A stretch of DNA of 64,000 nucleotides from Armatimonadota bacterium (GCA_041690135.1 JAWLHY010000005.1:397487-461486); one strand, 5' to 3'. Counted from the first letter of the stretch, positions 1 through 10,188 are shown. Notes: a model not told the origin generated them from the sequence alone. Translations and numbers: made by a program.

Positions 1-23
1 CCCACCAGCACGGGGCGGATCGA

Positions 24-1193
24 TTGAAAACACAGGTATCTCCCATGCAGCTCGAGCCCCCTACAGCTACTCCCAATCCGGACGTGCCCGCCGACTGGTG
101 GGCATTCCACGGTGACCGCAACGCCGATGAGAAGATCGCGGCGGAGCGACGGTCCCGGCTGGGCCCCGCCCCGCCCTGGCGGCCGTCCCGGGCCGTGCCG
201 GACAACACCCTCTACACGCCCCGTCCGGAGCCGCTGGGAGAGACCTATCGCTGCGGGAAGGCGGTGATCGAGATGGTCAACGCCGCTCTCGTGCTGCGGC
301 GGCCGCTGTTGATCACCGGTGAGCCGGGCAGCGGGAAGTCGTCCCTGGCGTATGCCGTGGCGCGGGAACTGGGCCTGGGCCGCGTGCTGCGGTGGAACAT
401 TACCAGCCGCACCACCCTGCGGGACGGTCTGTACAGCTACGATGCCCTCGGGCGGTTGCAGGCTTCCGACCTGGGCGGCGACAGTGACCAGGTGGCGGAG
501 ATCGGGCAGTTCATCACCCTGGGGCCGCTGGGCACCGCGCTGCTGCCCTGGTCCACACCGCGGGTGCTGCTGATCGATGAGATCGATAAGAGCGACGTGG
601 ACCTCCCGAACGACCTGCTGCATGTGTTCGAAGAGGGCGAGTTCGAGATCCCGGAACTGGTGCGGCATCCGGATCCGGACGACCGGGGCGTGCGGGTGTG
701 GCCGGACAAGGCGGACCGTCCGCCCCTGGACCGAACGAACCCGGTGCCGCCGGAGCAGTACCAGGTAACGGTGCACCGGGGCCGGGTGCAGTGCAGCCAG
801 TTCCCCTTCGTGGTGCTGACCAGCAACGCCGAGCGAGAGTTTCCGCCGGCGTTCCTGCGCCGGTGCCTGCGCCTGCGGCTGCCCCGACCCGGCCGCGACC
901 AACTGAAGGAGATCGTGCGGGCCCACTTCTCCAATCCGGAGCGGCCGGTGCCCTCCGAGACGCAGCTCGACGAGCTGATCAGCCGGTTTCTCAAGCGGCG
1001 GGACGTGGGCGCCCTGGCCAACGACCAGCTGCTGCAGGCGCTGTTCCTGCGGCTGCGGGGCGGGGAGGCGATCGACAGCAACCCGGAAGATGACCTCCGG
1101 AACCTGATCAACCGGCTGCTCCATCCCCTGAACCAGCCGGAGGCGGCGGTGGAGCCGGACGAGGACGCGGATGACGGCTGCGGGCGCGGATAA
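24..1193 (+). CDS. MoxR-family AAA+ ATPase (vWA-MoxR ternary conflict system type)
   Basis: Walker A GEPGSGKSS, Walker B LLIDEIDKS, PNDLL motif, TSNAEREFPPAFLRRC sensor/Arg finger; overlaps the downstream vWA gene. Start may be the ATG at 45. Confidence 0.92.
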   Translation: MKTQVSPMQLEPPTATPNPDVPADWWAFHGDRNADEKIAAERRSRLGPAPPWRPSRAVPDNTLYTPRPEPLGETYRCGKAVIEMVNAALVLRRPLLITGEPGSGKSSLAYAVARELGLGRVLRWNITSRTTLRDGLYSYDALGRLQASDLGGDSDQVAEIGQFITLGPLGTALLPWSTPRVLLIDEIDKSDVDLPNDLLHVFEEGEFEIPELVRHPDPDDRGVRVWPDKADRPPLDRTNPVPPEQYQVTVHRGRVQCSQFPFVVLTSNAEREFPPAFLRRCLRLRLPRPGRDQLKEIVRAHFSNPERPVPSETQLDELISRFLKRRDVGALANDQLLQALFLRLRGGEAIDSNPEDDLRNLINRLLHPLNQPEAAVEPDEDADDGCGRG

Positions 1194-4100
1194 GTCGCCA
1201 TCGGCGCCGGAATCCCTGATCCAGTTGCTCGACTGCCTGAGCGGGCTGGAAACCCGCCTGCTCGCCGCGGAATTGGCGGACGTGCTCTGGCTGGCCCAGC
1301 GGCTGCCGGAGCGGCAGGCACCTTCCCGGTCCGGGGAGGCGGCCGAGGCACCGGCAACGGAGGAGACGGAGAGCCCCCGGGATTCGGCCCGGTCCGAGGC
1401 CGGATCGCCCGACGGCACGCCTGCCCACACGGACGCCGACTCGGGTACTAACGCGGAGGTCGGACAGGAGAGGGAACGTCCACCGGGATCTGTCCCACCG
1501 ACGGACGCCGGGCAGCCGGAGGACGAGCGGATCCGACTATTTCCAGGCCGTCCCAACTCCCCCGAGCAGACGGGCGCGGGCGAGATGCCTTCTTCCTCAT
1601 TCCAGGGCACGGCAGCCCGCGCCCTCCCCCGGACCCGGCAGATCCTGCGGGCCCTCCGCCCACTCGCGGGCCGGGTCCCCTCGCCCCGGCGGGACGAGCT
1701 GGAGGTGGACGTCGAGGCAACGCTCGAGCGGATTACGGAGGGGCTGCTGGCTGCCCGCGCTCGTTCGGAAGCCAGTGGGGCGGCGCGCCGCAACCGTCCC
1801 ATTCCCCGCACGCCCGTGTTGCGGCCGGCCGAGGTGCGGCCCTACGAGCTGCACCTGGTGGTGGATACCAGCGCCAGCATGGCGGTGTGGGAGGAGGCTG
1901 CGGGAGAGCTGGCACAGCTGCTGGTGGGCCTGGGCAGCTTCTCGGACGTGCGGGTCTGGTACCTAGACACCCAGTCTGGCGGGGAGCCGCCGCTCTACGC
2001 GGGAGTCCGGTGCGGCGGGGGGACCCAACGCGGGGAGCGGCGGTCCGGTGCCGAGCTGCGGGGCGGGGGCGGCAGCATTCCGGGTGCCGGGGCGCGGCTG
2101 GTGCTGGTGCTGACTGACGGCCTGGGGCCAGCATGGTGGGATGGCCGGGCGCTGGACCTGCTGGCCTCCTGGGCGGACACGGGCCGGGTAACGCTGCTCC
2201 AGACGCTGCCGGAGCGGCTCTGGGGCCGCGCGGTGCACGGTGTACCTCGCTGGCTGGTGGGCGCCCACGAGGCCGGTGTCCCGAACCGGCGGCTGCTCAC
2301 GGCTCCCCGGCCGGGCGTCCGCAGCGCGGCGCCGGCGAACGCCCCCCGGTATGATCGAGACCCGGAACGAGTTTACGTTCCGGTGGTCGCGCTAGACCCG
2401 GACCCGCTGCACACCTGGGCGCGACTGATGACCGGACGCGGCGGGGTGTGGCTGCCGGCGTTTCGCATGCGCCTGAAGTCCTCACCGGCCCAAACCGTCG
2501 CGCCTCTCGAGCCCGTAGACCCGGAGGAGCCGGAAACCGAGGCGGCGCGGGCAGCCCGGATGGTACGCGAGTTCCGGGCTGGCGCCCCCTGGGAGGCACG
2601 CCGCCTGGCGGAACTGTTCGCGGCCGTGGGCACCCTCACCATACCGGTGATGCGCGCCATCCAGGATGCGATGGTGGCCGGCTCCGGGCTGGAGGCACTG
2701 GCGGAGGTGCTGGCCAGCGGCCTGCTGGAAGCCCGCGAAGCTGCGGGCGGGACGGTCTACGCTTTCCGTGGAGAGCAGCACGGGATAGCCCTGCGCCAGC
2801 GGCTGTGGCAGCGCGCAAGCGTTCCGGACACGCTGCGGGCCATGCAGACGGCACTGAACGAGCTCCAGCGGAGCGTGGGGGATTTTCTGGCCGGAATGAA
2901 CGCCGAAGGTGCAGCCCAGCCGCTCCAGGTGCTTGATCCACAGGGCCTCCAGCGGCTGTCGGCGGACCACGCCCTGGCGCCGTTCGCGGCGGTGGCGGCG
3001 GAGTACCTGGAGTCGCTGGGCGGGCAGTACGTGCGGAGCGCCCGGACGTGGCAGACAGGCATCGCGTTACCGCCGCATCAAGGAGACGCCGGCGATCCCA
3101 CGTCGTATTCGCTGAACGATCTGATCGCGTTGTCCCGGAACCTGGACGGACAGGGCCCGTGGCTGCAGGGGAAGGTACCGCCCATCCATCTCCTCACCGC
3201 AGCGGAGAAGCTCGGGGAGCCGATCAGCGCGGTAATGCACCGGCTGGGCCGGTTTGAAGCCCGGTTCGAGCTGGAGCTGCCGGTGCTCGACGACCTCGAG
3301 CTGACGGCACTTGATGAGCCGCTGCCTAACGAAGCCGATCGGATCGTGCTGTCCCACGGTCTGGACGGCCAGACGCCCTGGCTGCACGGGCGGGTCGGGA
3401 AAGAACACCTCCTGGCAGCGGCCGTCCAACTGCGAGAGCCCGTGGTGACCGTGCGGCAGCGACTGGAGCGGTTCGCGGCCCTGTTCGAGCTAGAGCTCCC
3501 GGCACCCGGCGACCCCTCCCCCACCCAACCCCTGCGGGTCTTCGTCTCGGCGTCGTTCCGGTATTGCCACCAGGAACGGCGGGCGATCTTGGCGGAGTTG
3601 GCCCGGCGCCCGGAGATCGTGGACACCAGTTGGGAAGCACTGCCGGCGGACCAGCGGGACCGGCAGCACCGGCTGCCGGTGGTGGCCGCATGCGATCTCT
3701 TCCTGCTGCTCCCGGGGGAGGGGCCCAGCGCGGGGCTGGAGGCGGAATACGCCGCAGCATTGGAGCACGGGAAGACCTGCCTCGCATACTTCCACCGGGA
3801 CGCGGCACCGCTGGACGAAACCACGCGGGAGTTCTGGAAGAGACTCCGGGACCGGCACGGCGTTCGGACTTATGGCAGCTCGGAAGAACTGATCCGGCAG
3901 GTCTCACTCGACCTCGATTTTGAGCTGGCGCGGCTGACCGGGAAAGTTCAGGAGCACCCGATGGAGGTGGTGGTCCTGTTCTCGGATGGGCAATGCGCGG
4001 CTCTGCCGGTAGGCGTCGGCGTGTTGGACGCGGCGTTCCACGTGGACCCCGAGCTAGGGCTGCGGATGAACGGCGCGCGCGTGAACGGCGAGGCGGTGCC

Positions 4101-7100
4101 GCTGAGCTATCAACTCCGTCAACGGGATCAGGTGGAGCTGGTCACGACCCCCCACAGTTATCCGTCCCGGGAGTGGCTCGACTGGGTTCAGACCGAGCGG
4201 GCGCGGCACGCCATCCGGGACTGGCTGCGCCGCTACCAGGTGTATGTGGCTGCCGGCGAGATTCCCGACATCCCGGGCCTACAGTTTGAGTGGGCGGTCC
4301 GGTCAGACATCCCCGAGAGAGAGCGAGCAGCAGTCCTCCGCGAATGCGGCCTCTTCATAGCCACATTCCGGCCGCCTGGGTTTGACTACTGGGAAGGGAT
4401 CCGGGACGGAGATGTGTCGGTGGTCCGTGGCGCAGTAGGACAGCACCTTCCAGAGTTCGCTCTGGCCCGGCGGTTGGGACTCCGCTGCCTCATCTACCTG
4501 TATGACGATGTGGACGGCCGCAAACCCGCGGGAATGCTCACAGCGGAAACACTCTATCGCTGCGCTAATGTCTCAGAGTTGCGTGAGGCCATGCGCGGCG
4601 ACTTCCAGGCGGCTGTGGCAAACCAATGGCCGCTAGAGGGGATTCGAGACGGACGAGAGCCCTTGCTCCGCGACCTGTACCAAATGCTAGGGCTACCCCC
4701 ACTACGCAGTGATCTGGAGACCTTCGAGCTCTCGAGGTTCGCTGGCGAGCGAGGATGGTTAGTCCAGGACTTGAACCGTCCAAATCTGGCGATGCTGGTG
4801 TCCGCCGTGCGGGGTTTGCAGAAGGCACCCGCGGCCGTATGGGCGTTGCCACTGCCGCGAACGAACGTCGAGAATGAACTTCTAAACCGCCTGGCAGGCT
4901 GGCTGCGCCAGGAACCGGCAAGCTCTCTGCGCGCGCTGCAGCGTTTTTGGGGAATGTGCGGTCGGGCGGCGCAGCAACCCACTGACGGGCGGGCGGTGGC
5001 GGGTTACCTTCTAGCGTTGGTGTGGTTGGGGCAACTAGTAGAGGGGAACTTTGGGAGGGCCGATCCCGCTCTGGTACTGTCCCCGCTGAATCCCCCCAAC
5101 CTGCGCGATTTCCTCGTTCTCGTGGGGGGACGGCAGCCGGCGGCGCTCGATTTCCGCATTGCCGTGGATGGTGTGACAGTGGCGCACCTCCCCCGCCTTC
5201 GTCTCGACACACCCGAATCGGAGGTGAGGCGGCAGGCGCTGGAGGTTCCCGAGGTCGTTGAGCGTATCGTGAACCGAAACGTCCGCTCTGTCGAGGTGAG
5301 CTTCGGGACTGGGGTGACAATTTCCACCGAGCCGGCATCCCACCCATCATTGACTGGATGCCGTGTCCTCTGGTGTGATCCCAAGCAAGACCGTGTCAAT
5401 AGCAGGGAGATAAGCTGGCTCCAGCAACACGGCGCCGTGATTGCCCGCGTACCGCCCAGCCACGTTCAGCTAGCATTAGGGAGTGGGCTTCCATACGACG
5501 CGCTGATTACGAGCATGGGCGGCGTGTTGCCAGAGGAAGATAGTCTGGGCCTTCATGTGGTTAGGATCGCGAGGCGGCTACGGCCGGAACTCCCGGTGAT
5601 CCTGTTTACCCACCGCACCGTGCCATCGGTTCAGGAGGCCAGAGAGGCGGGAGTTGCGCTGATCACCCCCAAAGTTGAGGTGATCCTGCGGGAACTCCAA
5701 ACGCTGGTCGACCGCCGAACCCCGACCCTGCCCGAGGATTCGGAGGGGTTCTACACGGAGCGCGGTCTTTGCGACGTGATCGACCGGTACCAACTCCGGA
5801 GTGGGCGCCAGGAAGCCGACGCGGTGCTCACCCTGCTGCTGCTGTTCCGGACGGAGACGCAGCGGACGTGGTTGGCAACCACCCACCGGCATCTCTACAT
5901 CTTGCTGGATGATGCGGAGACGCGCGCTACGGGACCGGATACGGAGCGCGTGATCCAGGAAGAACTGACGCTGAAGGAGGCCCAGCCCGTCTTCAGCAGC
6001 GAAGCACGGGAGTGGCTGGAAACGCGTCTTCTCCACATCGGCCGGGCGCGGAACTGGCATTACACGCTCTCCCTCCACCCGCGTGCGCAGGACCTCGAGG
6101 TGACTGTCCGCGAGTTGATTCTTAATGCGAGACACGGTGATCTTAACCCAACATACCGGCAGCTCTTGCTGCTGGCTGCCGAATACGAGGCCATCCAAGC
6201 GACACAAGAGGCCGGTGGCGAGCGCTCACGCCGTTCGGTATCGGTCTACAAGAGGATGCAGCGATCCAGCCAGGCAGCTGACAGGGCACTGCTTTCCCGC
6301 CTAGCTACCAGCGAGAGCCCGGGCGAACGGTTGGCGGCGGTAGCCATCCTTCAGGAGAAGCCAGCTTCGGAGTATCTGCACTGGCTAGCTGCCCGCGTGC
6401 ATGAGGACCAGGCGTTTATCGGGTATCAGGCCGCGCTGGCCCTAACCACGGCGGCCGAGGAACTCAATTCGGTCTACCTGGAAGAGGTAGGCACAAGCAT
6501 CCGCTCGGCTCGGGATACACTGACCTCAGAGGTGAAGGCCGGCACTGACACGGATCGCTACCGCGTACTCGAGCGAGGACTCGAGGTCCTCGTACAGCGC
6601 GAGCGGCAGGATGAGGCGCGACAGCGAGAAGCGGACCTCTCGGACCTCGAACAGAAGCTGTGGAGCAGTGATCCCGAAGAGTGTCTGCGCATCGCGCGGA
6701 TCCTGCTGGAGACGGAGCGTGCCGAGTCCGGCCGTTCGGCGTTGGTGTACCTGTTGGCGGCCAGCGACGAAACCATTCGGCTCGAGGCGGCGCGCCTGCT
6801 TCTGCCTGGGCAGCACCAACCGGTAGCGCTGGAGGCGCTGGCGAGTTTGGCAGGGAGCGAGCAGGAGACGGTCCGCTATTACGCGGCGCAGCTCTTGTTA
6901 GAGACGAAGCTCGCCCCACTCGCAGTGGAGACACTCGGCTCGCTGCTCTCGAGCGAGAACACAAAGAACCGCCTGGAAGCCGCACGACTGTTGCTGAAGA
7001 CCGATCTGGGTGCGGCGGCCCAGGACGTGCTGCGGAGAGTGTTTGACAGCGACGATGACTCCCTTCGCTTTGAGGCGGCGCGTCTGTTGGTGGAGACGGG

Positions 7101-9486
7101 GCATCACAACGCGGCGCTGAAAACGCTGCGTGGGCTGACAACGAGCGACCTCGCGTCGCTGCGCTCGGAAGCGGCGCAACTACTGGAGCGGTATCGCCCC
7201 GTACCGGCGCGAGAGGGCATGCGGAGAGCGCTGTGCGTGGGGATCGATGATTACCCCACCGCCCCGCTGGGGGGCTGCGTGGCCGACGCCCGGCTCTGGA
7301 GGGAGACGCTCGCCCGGCACCGCTTCACGGAGATCCAGACCCTCTTCAACGGTGAGGCCACCCGCGGCGCGATCCTGGACCGGCTCCGCGCGCTGATCGC
7401 CGTCAGTCGTCCGGGCGATACGGTAGTGTTCCAATTCGCCGGCCGTGGCACCCGGGTGCGTGCCCCGCACAACGACGATGTCGACGTGCCGGCGGTAGAC
7501 GAGGCACTGTGTGCTTACGATTGCGACACCGGCGGGCTACTGACTGACGAGGACCTGGATGAGGTGTTTCGAGCAGCTCCGGAAGGCATCAACATTACCT
7601 GCTTTTGGGACTGCAGCCACTCCGGAACGATTAGCCGCTTTGCTAGCGGAATTGCCCGGGTCACGGCGGCTGAGTCCAGCCGCTCCCTGGCGCTGACCCC
7701 CCAGGGGCAGGTAGCTCATCATAAGGTGCGTCTGGGGCGGATGGAAGCGCCCAGAGCCCCTGGTTGGAGGTCACCGATCATATTCTCCGCATGCAGGTCG
7801 GATGAAGTGGCGCTCGAGAGCGGTGGGCAAGGGCACTTCACTCTGCGCGCTACCCGGGTGCTTTGGGACGGCATCCGCGGGTTAACAAACGCAGGGCTGC
7901 ACGAGGCGATCATTCGGAGCTTTGGGCCGGCCGCCCGCCAGCATCCGGTGCTCGATTGTGACCCTGAAGTGGTGAACCAGCCGCTGTTCGCACCGCCCAC
8001 CGGACGCTCGGCGGGCGATGAGCACCCGTCATATGGTGCAGTTGACAGCAATGTAGTTCAGAAAACGTTGCTTGCCGTCGGGACCTACGACGCCTTCGTC
8101 AGTTACAGTTGCCACGACACGGCCTGGGTTACCGGCGAACTCTTGCCGCGTCTGAAGCTCGCCGGCCTGGATGTATGGAGTTTCGCCGAGCGGACGACGG
8201 AGCCGGAGTTCACCGACCATGTGCGCCAGGGAGCGATCGCCGCTTCCCGGTGGCACCTGGTGGTGGTCACCCCACGGCTGCGCGAAAGCCCGGGGGCGAA
8301 CGCAGAGATCACCTATCGCCTGGAAGCCGGCCAGCAGCCCGCGCTAGTTCCGCTGCTGGTGGAAGAGTCCGAACTGCCTCCGGCATTGGCTGGGTTGGAG
8401 TTCATCGACCTGCGTCACCCCCCGGAGTGGGGCCGACAGTTCGAGTTTCTCGCCACCCGCCTGCGGGGCGAACCTGGAGGGGTGATTTCGGAAGAGATTC
8501 TGGCTGCTCCGCACACCGAGGCTGGGGCCGTGCCGGAGAGCCAGGAGCCGCTGGGAGAGGCCTTCCAACGGGCCGAGGCCCTGGCACGAGAGTATACCGA
8601 GACACGCCGGAGAATGAAGGTTGGGGCAGATCGCACCCGAGCGATGTCTCGCATTGCGCAAGACATGCGAGCACTTCCGCCCATCCTCCAGCCGTTGGTG
8701 TTCAACTGGAGCCGCAGCTCGAATGCCGGGGAACGGCTGCTGGCCATCGAACTGCTGGCTCAGTATCCGAACGCCGAGTTCCTGGACTGGCTCGCGGCAC
8801 GCTCGGCGGAGGAGAAGCACTTCCCCGGTTACCGCGGCACGCTTGCCCTGGCGCGCGCAGCGGAACTCCTTCCACCGGAACATGCAGCGCAACTGCGCGA
8901 AACGCTGGCCGTGGCGCGCGGAAATGCGGAGCGCTCCGGAGACCCCAACCAGGTGTCGGCGGTGGCAACGGCCGAGAGAGTGCTGGCGGTGCGGCTGAAC
9001 CCAAGCCCGGACCCTCGGCTCGAGACCCCAGAGCACCAGTCGCAACCGCAACTCCCGGAGCTCACGAACGATCTCCCCGGCTACCGATCCGAAGCCACCG
9101 AATCGGTGCCAGATGCCATCGCGGACTCGCTGGTCGAGGACCTAGCCTACGAGCTCATTAACGAGGACCCGGACGTGACCAGCGACATCGCGGAGTCGGG
9201 CGCAGTCGCTTTCGGCCCGGACGTCTGGCGCATTTCGGACGCCGGCTTCACCAATTCCGAGGGGACCGAGTTGAGCTTTCAGTTGAAGCTGTACCTCGAA
9301 GGCGAGGCGGAGGACCGTATGGTCGTCAGCACTACATTATTTGTGCAGCTAGACGTCTCCGCGGTCGTTGTCGGTGACAAATGGGAAGTCACGAACTGGT
9401 TCGTACTGGACCACCGCTTGGTCACTGAAGGCCCCATCGAGACATTCGGCGAGCCCGTAGAGGGCCCCTATCACTCCGAAGAGTAG
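1171..9486 (+). CDS. SAV_2336-type vWA multidomain conflict protein (vWA, wHTH-like repeats, DUF4062-like, TGS, REC-like, HEAT repeats, caspase-like, TIR)
   Basis: 2771-aa ORF; ELADVLWLA N-terminal motif, MIDAS VVDTSASM and VLTDG; LSRNLDGQGPWL / LSHGLDGQTPWL repeats; VFVSASF; RelA-like TGS; ALCVGIDDY caspase fold; YDAFVSYS TIR. Confidence 0.88.
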   Translation: MTAAGADKSPSAPESLIQLLDCLSGLETRLLAAELADVLWLAQRLPERQAPSRSGEAAEAPATEETESPRDSARSEAGSPDGTPAHTDADSGTNAEVGQERERPPGSVPPTDAGQPEDERIRLFPGRPNSPEQTGAGEMPSSSFQGTAARALPRTRQILRALRPLAGRVPSPRRDELEVDVEATLERITEGLLAARARSEASGAARRNRPIPRTPVLRPAEVRPYELHLVVDTSASMAVWEEAAGELAQLLVGLGSFSDVRVWYLDTQSGGEPPLYAGVRCGGGTQRGERRSGAELRGGGGSIPGAGARLVLVLTDGLGPAWWDGRALDLLASWADTGRVTLLQTLPERLWGRAVHGVPRWLVGAHEAGVPNRRLLTAPRPGVRSAAPANAPRYDRDPERVYVPVVALDPDPLHTWARLMTGRGGVWLPAFRMRLKSSPAQTVAPLEPVDPEEPETEAARAARMVREFRAGAPWEARRLAELFAAVGTLTIPVMRAIQDAMVAGSGLEALAEVLASGLLEAREAAGGTVYAFRGEQHGIALRQRLWQRASVPDTLRAMQTALNELQRSVGDFLAGMNAEGAAQPLQVLDPQGLQRLSADHALAPFAAVAAEYLESLGGQYVRSARTWQTGIALPPHQGDAGDPTSYSLNDLIALSRNLDGQGPWLQGKVPPIHLLTAAEKLGEPISAVMHRLGRFEARFELELPVLDDLELTALDEPLPNEADRIVLSHGLDGQTPWLHGRVGKEHLLAAAVQLREPVVTVRQRLERFAALFELELPAPGDPSPTQPLRVFVSASFRYCHQERRAILAELARRPEIVDTSWEALPADQRDRQHRLPVVAACDLFLLLPGEGPSAGLEAEYAAALEHGKTCLAYFHRDAAPLDETTREFWKRLRDRHGVRTYGSSEELIRQVSLDLDFELARLTGKVQEHPMEVVVLFSDGQCAALPVGVGVLDAAFHVDPELGLRMNGARVNGEAVPLSYQLRQRDQVELVTTPHSYPSREWLDWVQTERARHAIRDWLRRYQVYVAAGEIPDIPGLQFEWAVRSDIPERERAAVLRECGLFIATFRPPGFDYWEGIRDGDVSVVRGAVGQHLPEFALARRLGLRCLIYLYDDVDGRKPAGMLTAETLYRCANVSELREAMRGDFQAAVANQWPLEGIRDGREPLLRDLYQMLGLPPLRSDLETFELSRFAGERGWLVQDLNRPNLAMLVSAVRGLQKAPAAVWALPLPRTNVENELLNRLAGWLRQEPASSLRALQRFWGMCGRAAQQPTDGRAVAGYLLALVWLGQLVEGNFGRADPALVLSPLNPPNLRDFLVLVGGRQPAALDFRIAVDGVTVAHLPRLRLDTPESEVRRQALEVPEVVERIVNRNVRSVEVSFGTGVTISTEPASHPSLTGCRVLWCDPKQDRVNSREISWLQQHGAVIARVPPSHVQLALGSGLPYDALITSMGGVLPEEDSLGLHVVRIARRLRPELPVILFTHRTVPSVQEAREAGVALITPKVEVILRELQTLVDRRTPTLPEDSEGFYTERGLCDVIDRYQLRSGRQEADAVLTLLLLFRTETQRTWLATTHRHLYILLDDAETRATGPDTERVIQEELTLKEAQPVFSSEAREWLETRLLHIGRARNWHYTLSLHPRAQDLEVTVRELILNARHGDLNPTYRQLLLLAAEYEAIQATQEAGGERSRRSVSVYKRMQRSSQAADRALLSRLATSESPGERLAAVAILQEKPASEYLHWLAARVHEDQAFIGYQAALALTTAAEELNSVYLEEVGTSIRSARDTLTSEVKAGTDTDRYRVLERGLEVLVQRERQDEARQREADLSDLEQKLWSSDPEECLRIARILLETERAESGRSALVYLLAASDETIRLEAARLLLPGQHQPVALEALASLAGSEQETVRYYAAQLLLETKLAPLAVETLGSLLSSENTKNRLEAARLLLKTDLGAAAQDVLRRVFDSDDDSLRFEAARLLVETGHHNAALKTLRGLTTSDLASLRSEAAQLLERYRPVPAREGMRRALCVGIDDYPTAPLGGCVADARLWRETLARHRFTEIQTLFNGEATRGAILDRLRALIAVSRPGDTVVFQFAGRGTRVRAPHNDDVDVPAVDEALCAYDCDTGGLLTDEDLDEVFRAAPEGINITCFWDCSHSGTISRFASGIARVTAAESSRSLALTPQGQVAHHKVRLGRMEAPRAPGWRSPIIFSACRSDEVALESGGQGHFTLRATRVLWDGIRGLTNAGLHEAIIRSFGPAARQHPVLDCDPEVVNQPLFAPPTGRSAGDEHPSYGAVDSNVVQKTLLAVGTYDAFVSYSCHDTAWVTGELLPRLKLAGLDVWSFAERTTEPEFTDHVRQGAIAASRWHLVVVTPRLRESPGANAEITYRLEAGQQPALVPLLVEESELPPALAGLEFIDLRHPPEWGRQFEFLATRLRGEPGGVISEEILAAPHTEAGAVPESQEPLGEAFQRAEALAREYTETRRRMKVGADRTRAMSRIAQDMRALPPILQPLVFNWSRSSNAGERLLAIELLAQYPNAEFLDWLAARSAEEKHFPGYRGTLALARAAELLPPEHAAQLRETLAVARGNAERSGDPNQVSAVATAERVLAVRLNPSPDPRLETPEHQSQPQLPELTNDLPGYRSEATESVPDAIADSLVEDLAYELINEDPDVTSDIAESGAVAFGPDVWRISDAGFTNSEGTELSFQLKLYLEGEAEDRMVVSTTLFVQLDVSAVVVGDKWEVTNWFVLDHRLVTEGPIETFGEPVEGPYHSEE

Positions 9487-9533
9487 GTGGGCGGACGCAG
9501 TGCATACTGAACGAAAGGAGAGGTCGCAAAGAA

Positions 9534-10110
9534 TTATACCACTAGTAGTGCGTAAACCTCTGGCAAGGGGTAAAGCCGTCTCAAACGAATGTGTGCGTCC
9601 TCGGTTGTGAACCGCCAGACAGTACCGTTTCTCGGCCTGATTGCGTTCCTGCTGCCAGGCCGAGACTTCCCGCTGGTTGCCAGACCGAGACTTCCCGCTG
9701 GAGATGCTCCGGGACTGAGGTCCGCCGGTTCAGGCACTATTGGGACAGGATCGCCAATTCGCTCTCCGTTGTTGAGCCAACTGCCTTGGTTGGGCGTATA
9801 GTGGATCTCCAACTTCTGGTCCAGTCGCCACGCCTCGGTGGGCGCAAAGGCCTCGTAGAGCGACTCCACACTATGCGTGTTCAGGTTGTCCATGTCTGCC
9901 ACGAACTCACCGCTGTGCTCCGGCGGGGTGCACCACGGTTCATTCAACCAGAGTATTGGTTGGTTTCTTAGAAACCTGACCTACGGCTTCTTGGGGGATA
10001 TTGTCCAAATGCCTGAGGTAGACCATCCGCTCGGGCAACTACCGCAACGTCCATCGGGTGTACCTGTCCAGAACTTCGCTACAGGCCGACGTGAGGGGTT
10101 ACGCTTCCAG
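9534..10110 (-). mobile_element. IS630-family transposase remnant (pseudogene)
   Basis: DNLNTH, LYEAFAPTEAWRL, EIHYTPNQGSWLN and WRFTTEDAHIRLRRLYP are typical IS630 DDE C-terminal motifs; an upstream RWTLR-like HTH fragment is broken by stops and frameshifts. Ends approximate. Confidence 0.8.
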
Positions 10111-10188
10111 TTCGTGACGGCCCGCTCTCTTAACCTCCCGTCAGATTCCGGTACGCTACAACAGAAGTGCCCGAGAAGGAGGCACAGA

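Noticed and set aside
9877-10188. N-terminal extension of the phosphodiesterase in the ORF track
   Set aside because: It overlaps the antisense IS630 remnant; the RBS and signal peptide point to ATG 10189.
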